Source of the DNA: Octopus sinensis
Lineage: Eukaryota
Assembly: GCF_006345805.1 (NCBI RefSeq)
Contig: NC_043000.1
Coordinates: 7,440,001-7,504,000 of the forward strand
Direction of reading: 5' to 3'
Length of the DNA: 64,000 nt
Part shown: positions 49,105-62,148 of the stretch, one piece after another
Position numbering within the stretch: the stretch's first letter is position 1
How the letters are laid out: each line of letters begins with the position of its first letter
Program-made: the position numbers and the translations under genes
The notes under the pieces: generated by a model
Database searches by the model: none
Seen by the model: only the letters and a program-made list of their open reading frames with translations
Told to the model about the DNA's origin: nothing

Positions 49105-49349
49105 AAGCAGCCATATAATCGAAATATCCAAGCTATTAGATAATAAATGATTAATTCAAAGCAATGTGAAAAAATATGCGTTACATTTTACAGAGTAATC
49201 TGGATGCTAAATGGTTAATGGAATTTGAAGTTTGAGCCAGATGATTTCCGGTATCTGTTTTGGTTCTTTGCATTCTGGCAGCAACACCTGTGGTGACACT
49301 GGTGCTAAGCTGTATTGCTCAAAGTCGGCAGACTTTCCTTTGGATAAAA

Positions 49350-49666
49350 GACCTCCTTCAGTCATGAATGACCATGGGATTGCAAGTAGAAAGGTCCCCT
49401 CTGAGGCACAAGTCCAGGCAAATTTGTTTATGGAAGACCAGCAGTTGCCCATGCGTACCAGCCTCTCCTCTCCATGCCACCAGTGTTATCCAAGGAAAGG
49501 TAAAGGCTGATACAGCTTGGCACCAGTGATGTTGCAACTCATTTCTACAGCTGAGTGAACTGGAGCAACATGAAATAAAGTGTCTTGCTCAAGAACACAA
49601 CACACAACGTGGTCCAGGATTCGAACTCACAACCTCATGATTGTGAGCCCAATGTTCTAACCACTG
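49350..49666 (-). mobile_element. tRNA-derived SINE family C
   Basis: Reverse complement of the copy at 61833-62148. Confidence 0.8.
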
Positions 49667-49983
49667 ATAATATCATTGGAAAAGGCAGATTTGCATGAAT
49701 GGGTAACTGCAAGTCTACTTCAAAAAACTTTTTTCCCAGGTCTGCATATTTATGTACAGATTCATGGTCTACCTTCATCAACATTGCCTTCTCCCCAACA
49801 ATAGAAAAAAGGGTTGGCTGAAGATACCAGCTAGTTTCTTTAATTGTATATACTTAATCCCCTTCACACCAAAAAGGCTGCCTCTGATTCTCTGACAAAA
49901 TAGATAACCCTTAGTTCTTCCAACTTAATGCTCTGAGCTGAAACAATATTATCATCATAGTTTCGAAAAGTATTCTACTAAAC

Positions 49984-50334
49984 CAAGGGTTCTCAACTAT
50001 TTTTTTTATCTAAGGATCCCTTTGATTATTGTTTTATTCTGGTGGACACCCATAGTCATTCGATGTTTAAAAACTAGTTTTATCGAAACTTCTTTCAAAA
50101 TTCCTATTTGGTGTTTCATACATTACCTTATGTAAATTGAATTATATAAAATGTTAGAGAAAGAAACCTAGCTTCTTGCAATACATACCAATACATACAT
50201 TTAAAATAAAACTTTTTCAGGGGTCCTTAAAATATTATTGTAGATCCTCAATTTGCTATTTTGTTGTGTAGACCCTGCAAAATTATCCTATATGGACCCT
50301 CAAGGGCCATATGGCCCCCAGTTGAGAACCACTG
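49984..50334. mobile_element. hAT/Charlie-like MITE
   Basis: TIR caagggttctcaac / gttgagaaccactg. The flanking 8-mers tactaaac and tattatat match at only 5/8. Confidence 0.75.
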
Positions 50335-50940
50335 TATTATATTCTGTAATGCTAATTAGTCTTAATCTTTGATTGATGTTTAATGAATCAGCACAATACA
50401 AGTTTTTATTGTTATCATACTTATGTGCCTAAATATTGATTGATATAAAAGAAACTGAATAATGATGATAATAGACCTTTATTAATGAATGACTATAATA
50501 TTATCATTAACACTTGCATGTTTGTGGTACTACTTTGCTAAGTTCTGAGAAGTCATTGTCAAACTGCCAGACAGTATATTAGAAAACTCACTGTTGCGTC
50601 CTTGGCAGTTATTACAGAACATTGGTTGTATTTCTATATTATTAGAGTACAAGGTAATTGCCATGCTGACCTACTCAGCAAAACACAGCCTTCTTTATTG
50701 GTCTGCCAGACATCTGAGAACGACAGCGATATCGGTTTGTTAGATTATAAAAGTATGACTAACACAGCTTGGTTAAATATGGAAGAATGTCTGCTAAATA
50801 ATGATTGTTCCACCTCTCGGTGAACTAACATTGAATGAAGGAGTCTTTATGTTGTTACATGAGTTGCTAGAATTAGTTGTCAAAACTAATTCTTCAAACT
50901 ATACTATCATCATCATCATCACTACCACGATTACCATCAC

Positions 50941-50976
<36 letters not shown>

Positions 50977-52448
50977 TAACATCCATTTTCCACACTGGCT
51001 TGGGTTGGATGGCTTGACAGGAGCTGGTAAGGCCAGGGCCCACATCAGGTTCCATAGTCTGTTTTGGCTTGGTTTCTACAGCTGGATGCCCTTCCAAATG
51101 CCAACCACGTTACAGAGTGTGCTGGGTGCTTTTGACATGGCACCTTTACCAGTGTTTTGTTTTATGTGACACCAGCACCAATACTTGTCATCTTAAAAAT
51201 GAATTCATTCGATAATGAAGCCAACAGTATTCTGTCTGACCTCCGCCCTAACAGAAAAACCCCCCAAAAAACCAAATTTCATCAAAATAAGATGATCACT
51301 ACTGATACGCTTTTAATCCCATGTTTTTTTTATGATGGTTGATCTGCAGCTAAACAAAAGCTACAACAGTAGTCAATAGCAGACTGCAAGAGCCAACGAG
51401 GCAGCCAAATCTCCATTAAATTACATTCTACTCACTTAGCTGTCTTAATAAATGGTCACATTGGATAATGTGGTTCTATTATCAACACCACCTTCACCGC
51501 CACCATCGTTTTTACCATTCATTTTTCCATGTTTGCAAGGTGGAATTTGATGATGCAGATTTTTCTATGACTGGATGCCCCTCATGTTGCCAACCCTTAT
51601 TTGTTTCCAACCAAGGTAATATTTTCCAATGACCAGATATGTTTTTTTGGAAGAATAGAAATGAAAGACACCACTTTCATGATGAGGTCACTCGTTTACA
51701 CAACTATTGCATGATATCAAAGTAAGGAGACAGTAACATCCACGCACACACACACACATACACACATACACACATACATTCTCATGTGCACAGAATGGGC
51801 TTCTCTCTATTTCTTTCTGCTAAGTCCACTCATTGTGATTTGGTTGACCTGCAGCTATGGCAGAAGACACTTGCCCAAGGTGCCATGCAGTGGAACTGAA
51901 TTTGAAATGGGTGGCATGTAAAAAGCACCCACTACACTCTTGGAGGGCCTCCAGCTGTAGAAACCATTCCAAATCAGATTGGAATTTGGTGCAGCTCCCC
52001 AGCTTACCAGTTTTCAGTCAAACCTGTTTCTTTACTACCCACAAGGGCTAAACACAGAGGGGACGAACAAGGTCAGATAAACGGATTAAGTCGATAACAT
52101 CGACTCCAGTGCGTAACTGGTACTTATTTAATCGACCTCAAACAGATAAAAGGCAAAGTCAATCTCAGCGGAATTTGAACTCAGAACATAACCGCAGACG
52201 AAATACCGCTAAGCATTTTGCCCGGCGTGCTAACGTTTCTGCCAGCTCACCATACAATCTATGCCAGCACGAAAAACGGATGTTAAATGATGATGATGAT
52301 GATGATGTGGTTGGGAAGCAAACAGAGCCATGCTTCTGCTTATTCCGGATATACAGACTTATTCCTAAGTTACTTGCTAATCCACAATCTTTGTAAATGT
52401 TGCTGCTAAATATTTAACAGGACTGTGAAGCATTGGTTATATTTTTAG

Positions 52449-52654
52449 AACAGTGGTGCAGCAGACATTGTGATGCTTAGAACATTGGTTATGCCATTGT
52501 TCTTTGGTATTGGAGAGGACAACATAACAAACGTTGCTACTTTTATTTTTAGCACTCATTCTCTTCCTAATTTAATACAGTTCAACAGACAGACACTTAA
52601 CAGCACCAGTCTCAAAGACTGTGGATTAGTTTGTTACTTTGGAGAATTTATCAA
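52449..52654 (+). CDS. Candidate exon of a thioredoxin-fold (PDI-family-like) protein
   Basis: Acceptor atttttag at 52441-52448. The open frame NSGAADIVMLRTLVMPLFFGIGEDNITNVATFIFSTHSLPNLIQFNRQ resembles the PDI b/b' junction (F.G......FI...SLP.V.EF). The putative donor AA|gtttgt is phase 2 and compatible with the next exon. Both boundaries are uncertain (alternative acceptor at 52552, alternative donor at 52673). Confidence 0.5.
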
Positions 52655-54676
52655 GTTTGTTCAAAAGCCATTGTGATATTTAGACAAAGTAATACAAAGC
52701 AACAGTTATTGTGATCACTTTTGTTATCATTTAACCCTAGGTTGACCTTGATGAAGACAGATCTATGGACTATGGTTTTCCATCCTATTTTTTAATACAT
52801 TATATCTGGAACTACAACATCCAATGTCCTTTTTTTGTATTGAGACAGTAAAGTGTGATTTAAAGATTTCTACTAAAAAGTATTGAGTAATGATTCAATT
52901 TAATATTTGTTTTTATATAAAACTTGACATTAAAACATTTATATCACCACCAACACCATCATCATCATCATCATCATTTAATGTCCATTTCCTATGCTGG
53001 CATAGGTTGGATGGCTTGATAAGAGCTGGCAAACCAGAGGACTGCACTAGGCTCCACTGTCTGTTTTGGCATGGTTTTTATGGCTAGACCCTCTTCCTGA
53101 TGCCATCCACTTCACAGATTGGACTGAGTGCTTTTCAAATGGCACCAGCACCAGACTCCAGTCTGTTTTGGCATGGTTTTTACAGCCGAATGCCCCTCCT
53201 AACACTATCCACTTCACAGATTAGACTGGGTGCCTTTCCCGTAGCACTAGCACTGATATATAATAATATTAATCAGACTATCAGATGTTGTTATATATCA
53301 CTGGTCACAGTGTGCTTTACATTGTTTTATCTTTGAAATAATACAACCCTACTGGCTAGGTGAGCCAGCCAACATTCTTGATCAGAAGAATATTCCATCA
53401 CAGGGTTTTCTTTTTGGAGTTGAATGGACTGAGCAACATGAAATAAAGTGTTTTCCTCAAGAACACAATGTACTACCCAGTCTGGGAATCAAACCATTAA
53501 TCTAGCAATCGTGAGTGCAATACCCTAACAACTAGGCCACTCATTTTGAATATAATGATCTATATATTATTATATTCAAAACAATATGATTTGACCTCAA
53601 ATGACTGAAATTTTCATAGGCTTCTTACAGAAACCTATATATTGATATGATAATTAGATGTACTTAATACACGTCATAGAGTATAGTATAATTATTTTAT
53701 TCAACTGAAGCCCTAGAGCTGTTACTCATGAGTTTCTGTGTGCAAGAATGCTTTGCAAGATGGCAGCTATAAGGGTAGGTGCCATCTAACAAAAGCATTT
53801 ATGCTTTGTTAGATGACAGCTACCATCAGAGCTGCTGTCTTACAAAGCATTCTTTGTAAGGAAATACATGAGTAATGGTTTTATAATTTCAACCAATGTT
53901 TGTGTGTGTGTGTGTATATTGTCGTTGTTTAACCCTAGGTAAGCCTGAACTGAGCAGACCAGTGGTGAAAGGTATTTCAACCACAGCCATATCATTCTTC
54001 TTTTAGGTGTTACATCTCCTAGCACCACATTATCTAATGTGTCTTCAGCTTTTCAAAGTGGTAAAGTATAATTTGAAATCTGGCTACTATCTCTAGCAAG
54101 TCAAGCAACCATGGAAGGGCTCCTAAGTGACTAGGGCTATTAAATCCATACCTAAATGTTGTGTATGGCCCAACTACATTTGTCATCCTTTATGAGGTGA
54201 ATGAACAAGTGTTAATGTGTCTTGTTAGAACTGGGATTAAGTAATGGATGATACAAACTGTTTCTGTGAAGCAGAATTTGCTCCTTGGGGGTCCAAACTC
54301 TGCCTAAAATTGACTGAGCTGTATTTTATTTTTTTCTTATGAACTTCAATTTCCTCTTTTCTTTATTTATGTGAAGATCTAGATATTTTATTAGAATTTC
54401 TTGTTTTTTGTATCATTGTTAAAACAATAGATTGACTGAACTGATCACTTGTTAGACTAGATACCATGCAGTATTTACTTCTACTTCTCAACATGGTGAG
54501 ATCAAATTCCACTCAGTCAACTTTAGTTTTGATTTTTGATTTTTCTTTTACTTTTTGTTTTGTTTTTATTTTTTTTGGCAAATGGTAAAGTAAATTCAGA
54601 TTCAATTGACTGTTTGTGTTCTTCCATGTGAGTTCATAAATTCGTACCATTCCTTATTGTCATTGTCTCTTTCCAG

Positions 54677-54849
54677 TTCTGATCAAGACCACACTGTAGA
54701 AGGTGTCATAACGACTATTGCAAAAGCAATGAAAGGTGACTTTTCACGTGTGAAACGGGAATATGCTGCCGAACTGGTTGAAGAGAATTATGACAAAATA
54801 GTTAGCTTGCCAAACGTTTATACCTTGATATTGCTTTATAAAAACAATG
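54677..54849 (+). CDS. Internal exon, thioredoxin-fold (PDI-family-like) protein
   Basis: Acceptor tctctttccag and donor G|gtaaat. Encodes SDQDHTVEGVITTIAKAMKGDFSRVKREYAAELVEENYDKIVSLPNVYTLILLYKNN. AELVEENYDKIV....LILLY fits the start of a Trx-like domain. Confidence 0.8.
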
Positions 54850-55620
54850 GTAAATCAATTTTTCATTTGATATTTTATTATTATTATACACTGATATTGT
54901 CAGACCAGTGTCTTCATCTTGGTTGCTATAGTTACAATATTTCAGCCATTATACACTCTGGTCTCCAATAGCAGGATTATTTAAGAAATTAAAATTGTGA
55001 TATGCCAAGTTAAAATAGTTCATTATCTTTGGCCTATAGCATTTTATTTCTCAGCTATTTTAAAGTGAAAAATTATCAAGAATAGCTATGCTACCATATT
55101 GAATTTTCAAACAGACAATGAAATCTCTACATAGTTGTTGGATCTGCTTTATATAAATGCCTAATTTTACTCTTATCACACCCTATCACCCTAAGGAAAA
55201 GAGGGCATTAGGTAATGTAGTCCTGGATACATTAGGACTACATTGTAGTGTAAAAAGGTGGGCTGATCATAGCTGAAATGGGGTTATGGCATCAAGGGAG
55301 TGCATATATTAATGTCTTATGTTATTACAAAATGTCTAGGGATTTTAATATTTCATAATAAATTTGCATGGTGAGTTGGCAGAATCATTAGCACGCCAGG
55401 CAAAATGTTGAGCAGCATTTTGTCTGTCTTTACATTCTGAGTTCAAATTCCACTGAGGTTGACTTTGCCTTTCATCTTTTTTAATGTCAATAAAACTAGT
55501 ACCAGTTCAACACTGGGGATTGATGTAATTGACTTGTTCCATCCCCCAAATTGCTAGTCTTTTGCCAAAATTTGAAAATAATATTTCATAATAAACTAAT
55601 GAGTCTTTAATTGGTTTCAG

Positions 55621-55682
55621 AGGCTAAAGAAGACATTGCAGTCTTTGAGAAAATTGCTGCCAGTTTCCGGAATGATTTTAAT
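55621..55682 (+). CDS. Internal exon, same gene
   Basis: Acceptor ggtttcag and donor AAT|gtaagt. The phase matches the previous exon (G+AG = Glu). Encodes EAKEDIAVFEKIAASFRNDFN, the helix that follows the active-site position in Trx folds. Confidence 0.82.
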
Positions 55683-56259
55683 GTAAGTTTTATTTATTTA
55701 TTTTTTGTTTCTTCCAGCATGTCATCTCTGTTGCACATTGGAGCTGGTTCTTATATCCAAATTGGGAGAGCCTTCAAAGGACATAGATGGAGAGAATTTT
55801 TGTTTCCTTTAGTATTGTTAAAAAGTTCGGTAGAAAGGGAAAATTTATGGATCACTCTTTACTCTTTTACTTGTTTCAGTCATTTGACTGCGGCCATGGT
55901 AGAGCACCGCCTTTAGTCGAGCAACAAATCAACCTCAGAACTTATTCTTTGTAAGCCTAGTACTTATTCTATCAGTCTCTTTTGTTGAACTGCTAAGTGG
56001 TGGGGACGTAAACACACCAGCATCGGTTGTCAAGCGATGTTGGGGTGGGGTGGGGGACAAACACAGACACACAAACACATATATATATACATATATACAA
56101 TGGGCTTCTTTCAGTTTCCAGCTACCAAATCCACTCACAAGGCTTTGGTTGGCCCGAGGCTATAGTAGAAGACACTTGCCCGAGGTACCACGCAGTGGGA
56201 CTGAACCTGGAACCATGTGGTTGGTAAGCAAGCTACTTACCACACAGCCAAATAAAAAT

Positions 56260-56590
56260 GTTTGCAGGTATTTTGAAAATACCTCATGGAGTGATGACTG
56301 TTTCCTGCATAGTTCCAAGCTGCTCTTTGCAAGGCATAACACCTGTTCAACCATCCTGTGAGGGACACAGCAAAGTCATGAGACCGCAGTATGGCGGATT
56401 GGGAAGAGGCAACAGAAGAACTCACTTGAGTCAATTGTGCTTCTTACATTGATGCTGACTAGAGGAATCCTTGAAGACCAATTGTCAGGATCACCAAGCT
56501 CTATCAAGGGGGTTACTGCAATGCATCCAAGATGCTTAATCAACTAATGGATGGCGACAGAGAGTCATGGAATTGCATGCAAGTAGCATA
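56260..56590 (+). pseudogene. Highly degraded RTE LINE C-terminal remnant
   Basis: Fragments GHSKVMRPQYGGL and DGDRESWNC resemble the RTE GHV.RM and A.DR..WR motifs. Confidence 0.4.
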
Positions 56591-57189
56591 ACCAAATGAT
56601 GATGAATAAAAATTTTGTAGCATCAGTAGTACCCCAAATAAGCATTTAGTTTTATCCCGGTCATTACAGCAAAAATCTATATATTGAACTGAACGCGTAT
56701 TCATTGAGAAGGAAATTCATTCACCCAAGAAACAATACTGATTAGTCTATGGAATGAGTTTGATGAATGTGTACTCATAAACCGTTTTATTACTTGACGT
56801 TAGATTTCCTCATAAACATACCCAAATTACTTGAATCTATTGGTTAGAATTACCCCTTAGTGACCTGTAATTTGGAAACATGAAATCTTGATTGGTCTGT
56901 GTGAAGTCATTGTTTTCTTTCTCTTATCTCTCTATATAATCTGTGTCTGTTAGTAATATAATATTTCCACAATACAATAAACATAATTTGAATTACTCTG
57001 AAATTTTAACATCTTTAGATTTGTTAATTAAAATTTTTACCAGCTTTTCCTCATAGCTCAACATTTTGAGGACCATATATTGCACTTCAGGTTTGTATTA
57101 TCCTCTTCTGAAGTTATAATCTGCAAGTCTGCACTCAGTATTTATGATGATGTCTAAAATGGCTTGTCCAGTCTAACTATGCCCTGACT

Positions 57190-57409
57190 AAAATTATTGA
57201 TTTTGTCTGAAACCATCCTTACTTCTGTGATACAAATTCTGTTCTAAAGTGATCTAAATTAAAACTTCCCATCAAAATTCCATGTTAATTTATGTCTTAA
57301 ACACAGCTTAATAATGACAAAGTTATTTTACTAAATATTATATTACTTTCAAAATTAACTGAAATGAAGGCAGTCCATGCTGACAGAAATATGGTAACAA
57401 AAGGGTTAA
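57190..57409. mobile_element. Second TTAA-ended MITE family (partial)
   Basis: Right end ggtaacaaaagggttaa. The left TIR is not recognisable. Confidence 0.4.
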
Positions 57410-57413
57410 CATA

Positions 57414-57790
57414 TCTATTATATAAAATCCATTCTCTGTCTGTGTGTGTGTGTCTTCTAGGATCTTGGGCATCCTCCATCCGATTGCACTCAAATTTGAT
57501 ATGTAGATATCGATGGTATCAGGGCATGTATAAGTCTTGAAAAAATTACAAAAATCGATTCCAGGTGAGAATGCGATCGATAAAGCCGTGGGAACGTGCA
57601 TTTGTATGTGCAAGTACATCAGCTGTTGCGATTGATACTACGTGTACGCGAGAAAAATGCATGGTGTCTCAAATTTAGGTTAAATCAGTGTTTCTCAAAG
57701 GGGAGGCCTATGGGACGGTCAGACAAGTTGTTTTGAGAAAATTTGGTTTAAATGTTTGACAACTCAGCACTGTCCATTATACGGGGGGGG
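57414..57790 (+). mobile_element. Helitron-like 5' fragment
   Basis: A|TCTATTATATAAAA start followed by a (TG)n tract, as in many non-autonomous Helitrons. No 3' CTAG end found. Confidence 0.4.
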
Positions 57791-60284
57791 GGGGCGTTTT
57801 GCTTGTCTAATATATTTTTGTAATGAAATACTTCATTGATTTAATCTTTAGTGTTCAGGGTTTCATTTGTTACACCTAAACCTCAAAATATGAAGATTGA
57901 TTTAAGTATGGTCCTGGCTGAATTGTATTATTTAGTTTTGCTTTTATTGAACAGCATTTCCTTACTAATTCCATCATTTTCATGATGCATAGTCATTTGA
58001 CATTGTTTAGTTTCCTTATATCCAAATTTAAAATAGTAATAAAAGTATCCATCATTGAGCACTATATACCATAAGTTCATTGAGTTGGCAAAATCAATAG
58101 CATGTTGAACAAAATGCTTAGCAGCATTTCTTGCAGCTCTTTATGTTCTGGGTTCAAATTCTGCCAAAACTGACTCTGACATTCATTGTTCCAAGGCCAA
58201 TAAATAAGTACCATTTGGGCACTGAAGTTGATGTAATTGATTTACACCCCTCCCCCAAAATTGCTGGCTCTGTGTCAAAATTTTAAGCTATTATTTTTAT
58301 TATTGTTATTCTTTTTAACTTGGGTTTTGTTGGAGCTCCTGAGTCTTGCATGCATAGCGGGCTTGCTACTTGCAACCTATGGTACCATGCCATCCGTTTT
58401 TTTTCAACTATCTAATACTTTCCTGATTATTCTGGCCGTGCCAAAGAGGCAAACTTTTTGTAACAGCTCTACTGGGCATTATTATTATTATCAAGGTGGT
58501 GAGCTGGCAGAATCGTTAGCACATCGGGTAAAATGTTTAGCAGTATTTCGCCTGTCTTTACGTTCTGAGTTCAAATTCCGCCAAGGTCGACTTTGCCTTT
58601 CACCCTTTTAGGGTGAAAAGATTAAGAACCAGTCAAGTACTGAGGTCGATGTGTTCGACTTATCTCCTCGCCACAAATTTCAGGCCTTGTGCATATAGTA
58701 GAAAGGATTATTATTTTATGTATATATATATAAATAAAAATAAATATATTACAGACATTAAAAGAGAACATTTTTTAAAATGTTGTCAGCGTGGCATCTG
58801 TTCAAGGGAATTAACTCTATTTATATAATGGGAGTTGTCTACCGTTGATCTCTTTTCACGCTATCTCTATTGTTAACTCTTGTCTTGCTGCAGTCTTATG
58901 GTTTCGTCCATCTGTGTGTGTGTGTGCGCGCGTTCTTCTAGAATTCCGCCGCTGCTTAACATAATTTTCGAATGTTATCCGTCTTTTAGTTTGCATTATT
59001 AATTTTATTTGTTGCTTAGCACCAAATTATTTCTAGTTCTACGTAGCCAATGGTCAAGGACATTCCAAACTTGACTTTTTTTATTCTATTCTTTTACTCA
59101 CTTGTTTCAGTCATTTGACTGCGGCCATGCTGGAGCACCGCCTTAAAGGGTTTTATAGTCGAAGAAACTGACTCCAGGACTTATTCTTTGTAAGCCTAGT
59201 ACTTATTCTATTGGTCTGGTTTGCCGAAATGCTAAGTTACGGGGATGTAAACACACCAACATTGGTTGTTAAACGATGGTGGGGAACAAACACAGATACA
59301 AAGACACACACACATAAATATATACATGTTCATGTATGCGTGTGTGTGTGTATATATATATATATACACACACAATGGACTTCTTTTAGTTTTTATCTCC
59401 CAAAGCCACTCACAAAGCTTTGGTTGGCCTGAGGCTATAAACTTGCCCAAGGTTTCATGCAGTAGCACTGAACCCTGACCTATATGGTGGGGAAGCAAGC
59501 TTCTTTCCGTTTCCTTTATGCCTACGATTTCATTATCAAATGTGGTCTTTTTTCTTTATTAGAGAGTAGGATGTATGAAGGAGGAGATTTAGCTGCTATT
59601 TCTACCAGATTGAGCAACTGCATAGAGGCTTCCCTTGTCAAGTTGATTTTCTCCTGTGCATGTGTGTATGTGTGTGTGTGTCTAGCTTATGTGAATTTTA
59701 ATTCCATCTCCATAATGTAAGATTGATATTTGAGATAGTTGGGGGGTGGGGGTGTTGGGAGTGGGGGGGGGCAATATCAAGTGAAAGGCGACCAAAAAAG
59801 AAATAAGTAAAAGAAAGCTGTCTGTTGTAAATTGCAATTACGAGTTCTTCATTAACTCCTGTCTATTGTACTTGATGAAAGGCAGTTGTTGCAGCTGAGT
59901 GACATTCCATTGCATACGATGCAGTGTAAAATTTCACTGCAGAGAATAACACTGCAGTTGCACATATATGAGCATGTCTTTGTCTTCCTTGCGTTAAGAT
60001 TCTTTCTTTTTTTTTATCTTTTTCTTTTTTTCTTATTTGCAATAAACTTATTCTTTTCTACCTGGCAATGATTGGATAGAGCTAATGATAAAAAACAAAA
60101 TTACTTAGAACAAAAAACAGAAAAAAAAGAATTTGATTTAAGTTCTTATATAATAGGCACAGGCTGCTTCTCAACCACATGGATCTGGGTTCATTCCCAC
60201 TGTGTGGCACCTTGGTCAAGTGTCTTCTTCTATAGCACCAGGTCAACCAAAGCCTTGTAAGTGGATTTGGCAGATGGAAACTGA

Positions 60285-60515
60285 GGCAGCAAGCTGGCAG
60301 AAACGTTAGCACACCGGGTGAAATGCTTAGCAGTATTTTGTCTGCCGTTATGTTCTGAGTTTAAATTCTGCCGAGGTCGACTTTGCCTTTCATCCTTTTG
60401 GGGTCGATAAATTAAGTACCAGTTATGCATTGGGGTTGATGTAATCGACTTAATCCCTTTGTCTGTCCTTGTTTGTCCCCTCTATGTTTAGCCCCTTAAT
60501 GGCAATAAAGAGATA
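60285..60515 (+). mobile_element. SINE family A inserted into a family B SINE with a 9-bp TSD
   Basis: ggaaactga occurs at 60276-60284 and 60516-60524. Confidence 0.88.
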
Positions 60516-60922
60516 GGAAACTGAAAGAAGCTCATCGTAATATATATATATAGGGTGGGCCAAAAATCATGCACAAATTAAGTTTAATATTCTCTGAAAA
60601 TGTCAAAAACGTGTTTCAATTTTTCTAAAATTGAATGAAAAAATTAAATAATACAGCTACTTGTATAAGATGAACAACATAATAATAATAATAATGATAA
60701 TAATAATCCTTTCTGTTGCGGGCACAATGGCTGAAATTTTGGGGGAGGAGACTAGTTGATTACGTCAACCCTAGTGTTTCACTGGTACTTAATTTATAGA
60801 CCCTGAAAGGATGAAAGGCAAAGTCAACCTCAGCAGAATTCAAACTTAGAATGTAGCGATGGGTGAAATACTGCCAAGCATTTCGTCCAGCGTGCTAATG
60901 ACCCTGCCAGCTTGCTGCCTTG

Positions 60923-61015
<93 letters not shown>

Positions 61016-61050
61016 GTAATATAATAATAATAATAATGATGGTAATATAA
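60923..61050. repeat. (AAT)n microsatellite
   Basis: About 40 AAT units with few interruptions. It explains the poly-N and poly-Y ORFs. Confidence 0.96.
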
Positions 61051-61832
61051 TAATGATGTAATGTAAATGCAATGTCAAATGTTTTGATGTGTGACTTTTG
61101 GCCCAGTCTCTATATATTTATTTATAGAGGTGTGTCTGTGTGTTTGCATTTGTTCTCTACCACCACTCGATAACTTGTGTTGGTTTGTTTACACCCGCAT
61201 AACCTAGTGGTTTGGTATGTGAGACCAAATAGAATAAATACCAGGCTTAAAAGTATAAGTAGTGGGGCCAATTCATTCACTTAAAACCCTTCAAGGTGGT
61301 GCTCCAGCACGGCTGTAGTCCTATGACAAACAAGTAAAAAAACAAATGATAAAAGGTAAATTTATGGACAGGTCTTCTGTGTTGGAAACTGTGTTTGAAT
61401 AGATTTGATTTCCAGTAAACACACAACAGAATTTGTAAAACTCCTTCAACCTTCAACCATTGTCTGCTGGGAACCAAATATTCACGATGGCCACACTTTT
61501 GGCAGAATTCTACAATATTTCTGGCTATTTCATATTTTCCATTCCTCTCTTTAAACATCTACTAATATTGTTTTTAAAACATTCAATGTTTGCTTTATCG
61601 TTTTATCTTTTATTTTTTTTTATTTGTTTCAATCATTAGACTGTGGCCATGCTGGAGCAATGCCTTGAAGAATTTTAGTCAAACAAATTGACCCCAGTAC
61701 CTTTTTTTTATTTTTAAAACCTGATATTTATTCTATTGGCCACTTTTGCTGAACTGCTAAGTTACAGGAATGTAAGCAGTGGTGGAAAACGAACACAGAC
61801 ACACACACAAATATATATATATATATATAAGT

Positions 61833-62148
61833 GAAGGCACATGGCCCAGTGGTTAGAGCGTTGAGCTTACGACCATGAAGTTGTAAGTTCGATTCCCAGA
61901 CTGGGCTGCATGTTGTGTTTCATGTTGCTCCAGTTAACTCAGCTGTAGAAATGAGTTGCGATATCACAGGTGCCAAGCTGCATCGGCCCCTTTGCCTTTC
62001 CCTTGGATAACATCAGCGGTGTGGAGAGGGGAGGCTGGTATGCATGGGCGACTGCTAGCCTTCCACAAACAACCTTGCTTGGACTTGTGCCTCAGGGGGT
62101 AACTTTCTAGGTGCAATCCCATGGTCATTCATGACCAAAGGGGATCTC
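61833..62148 (+). mobile_element. tRNA-derived SINE family C
   Basis: gaaggcacatggcccagtggttagagcg (A box), gttcgattccc (B box), then gttgctccagttaactcagctgtagaaatgagt core and gcaatcccatggtcattcatgacc tail. Confidence 0.85.

Larger units (their letters stand above)
47036..49218 (+). mobile_element. TTAA-ended MITE copy 2 hosting two insertions (SINE A and an RTE LINE)
   Basis: Termini ttaacccattagcatt and gatgctaaatggttaa. The body segments are collinear with copy 1. Confidence 0.8.

Noticed and set aside
50602-50823. Additional upstream exon of the thioredoxin-fold gene
   Set aside because: Several competing splice sites and frames, and no recognisable Trx-like sequence. It cannot be supported without RNA data.
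52421-52480. WCSRHC as a thioredoxin active-site-like motif (DCEALVIFLEQWCSRHCDA*)
   Set aside because: The spacing is CxxxC, the frame stops three codons later, and the overlapping alternative frame fits the PDI-like pattern better.
60830-61078. Poly-Asn and poly-Tyr ORFs, and the many short CV/HT/YI-rich ORFs elsewhere
   Set aside because: These are translations of (AAT)n, (TG)n, (CA)n, (TA)n and (GAT)n microsatellites or of SINE bodies.
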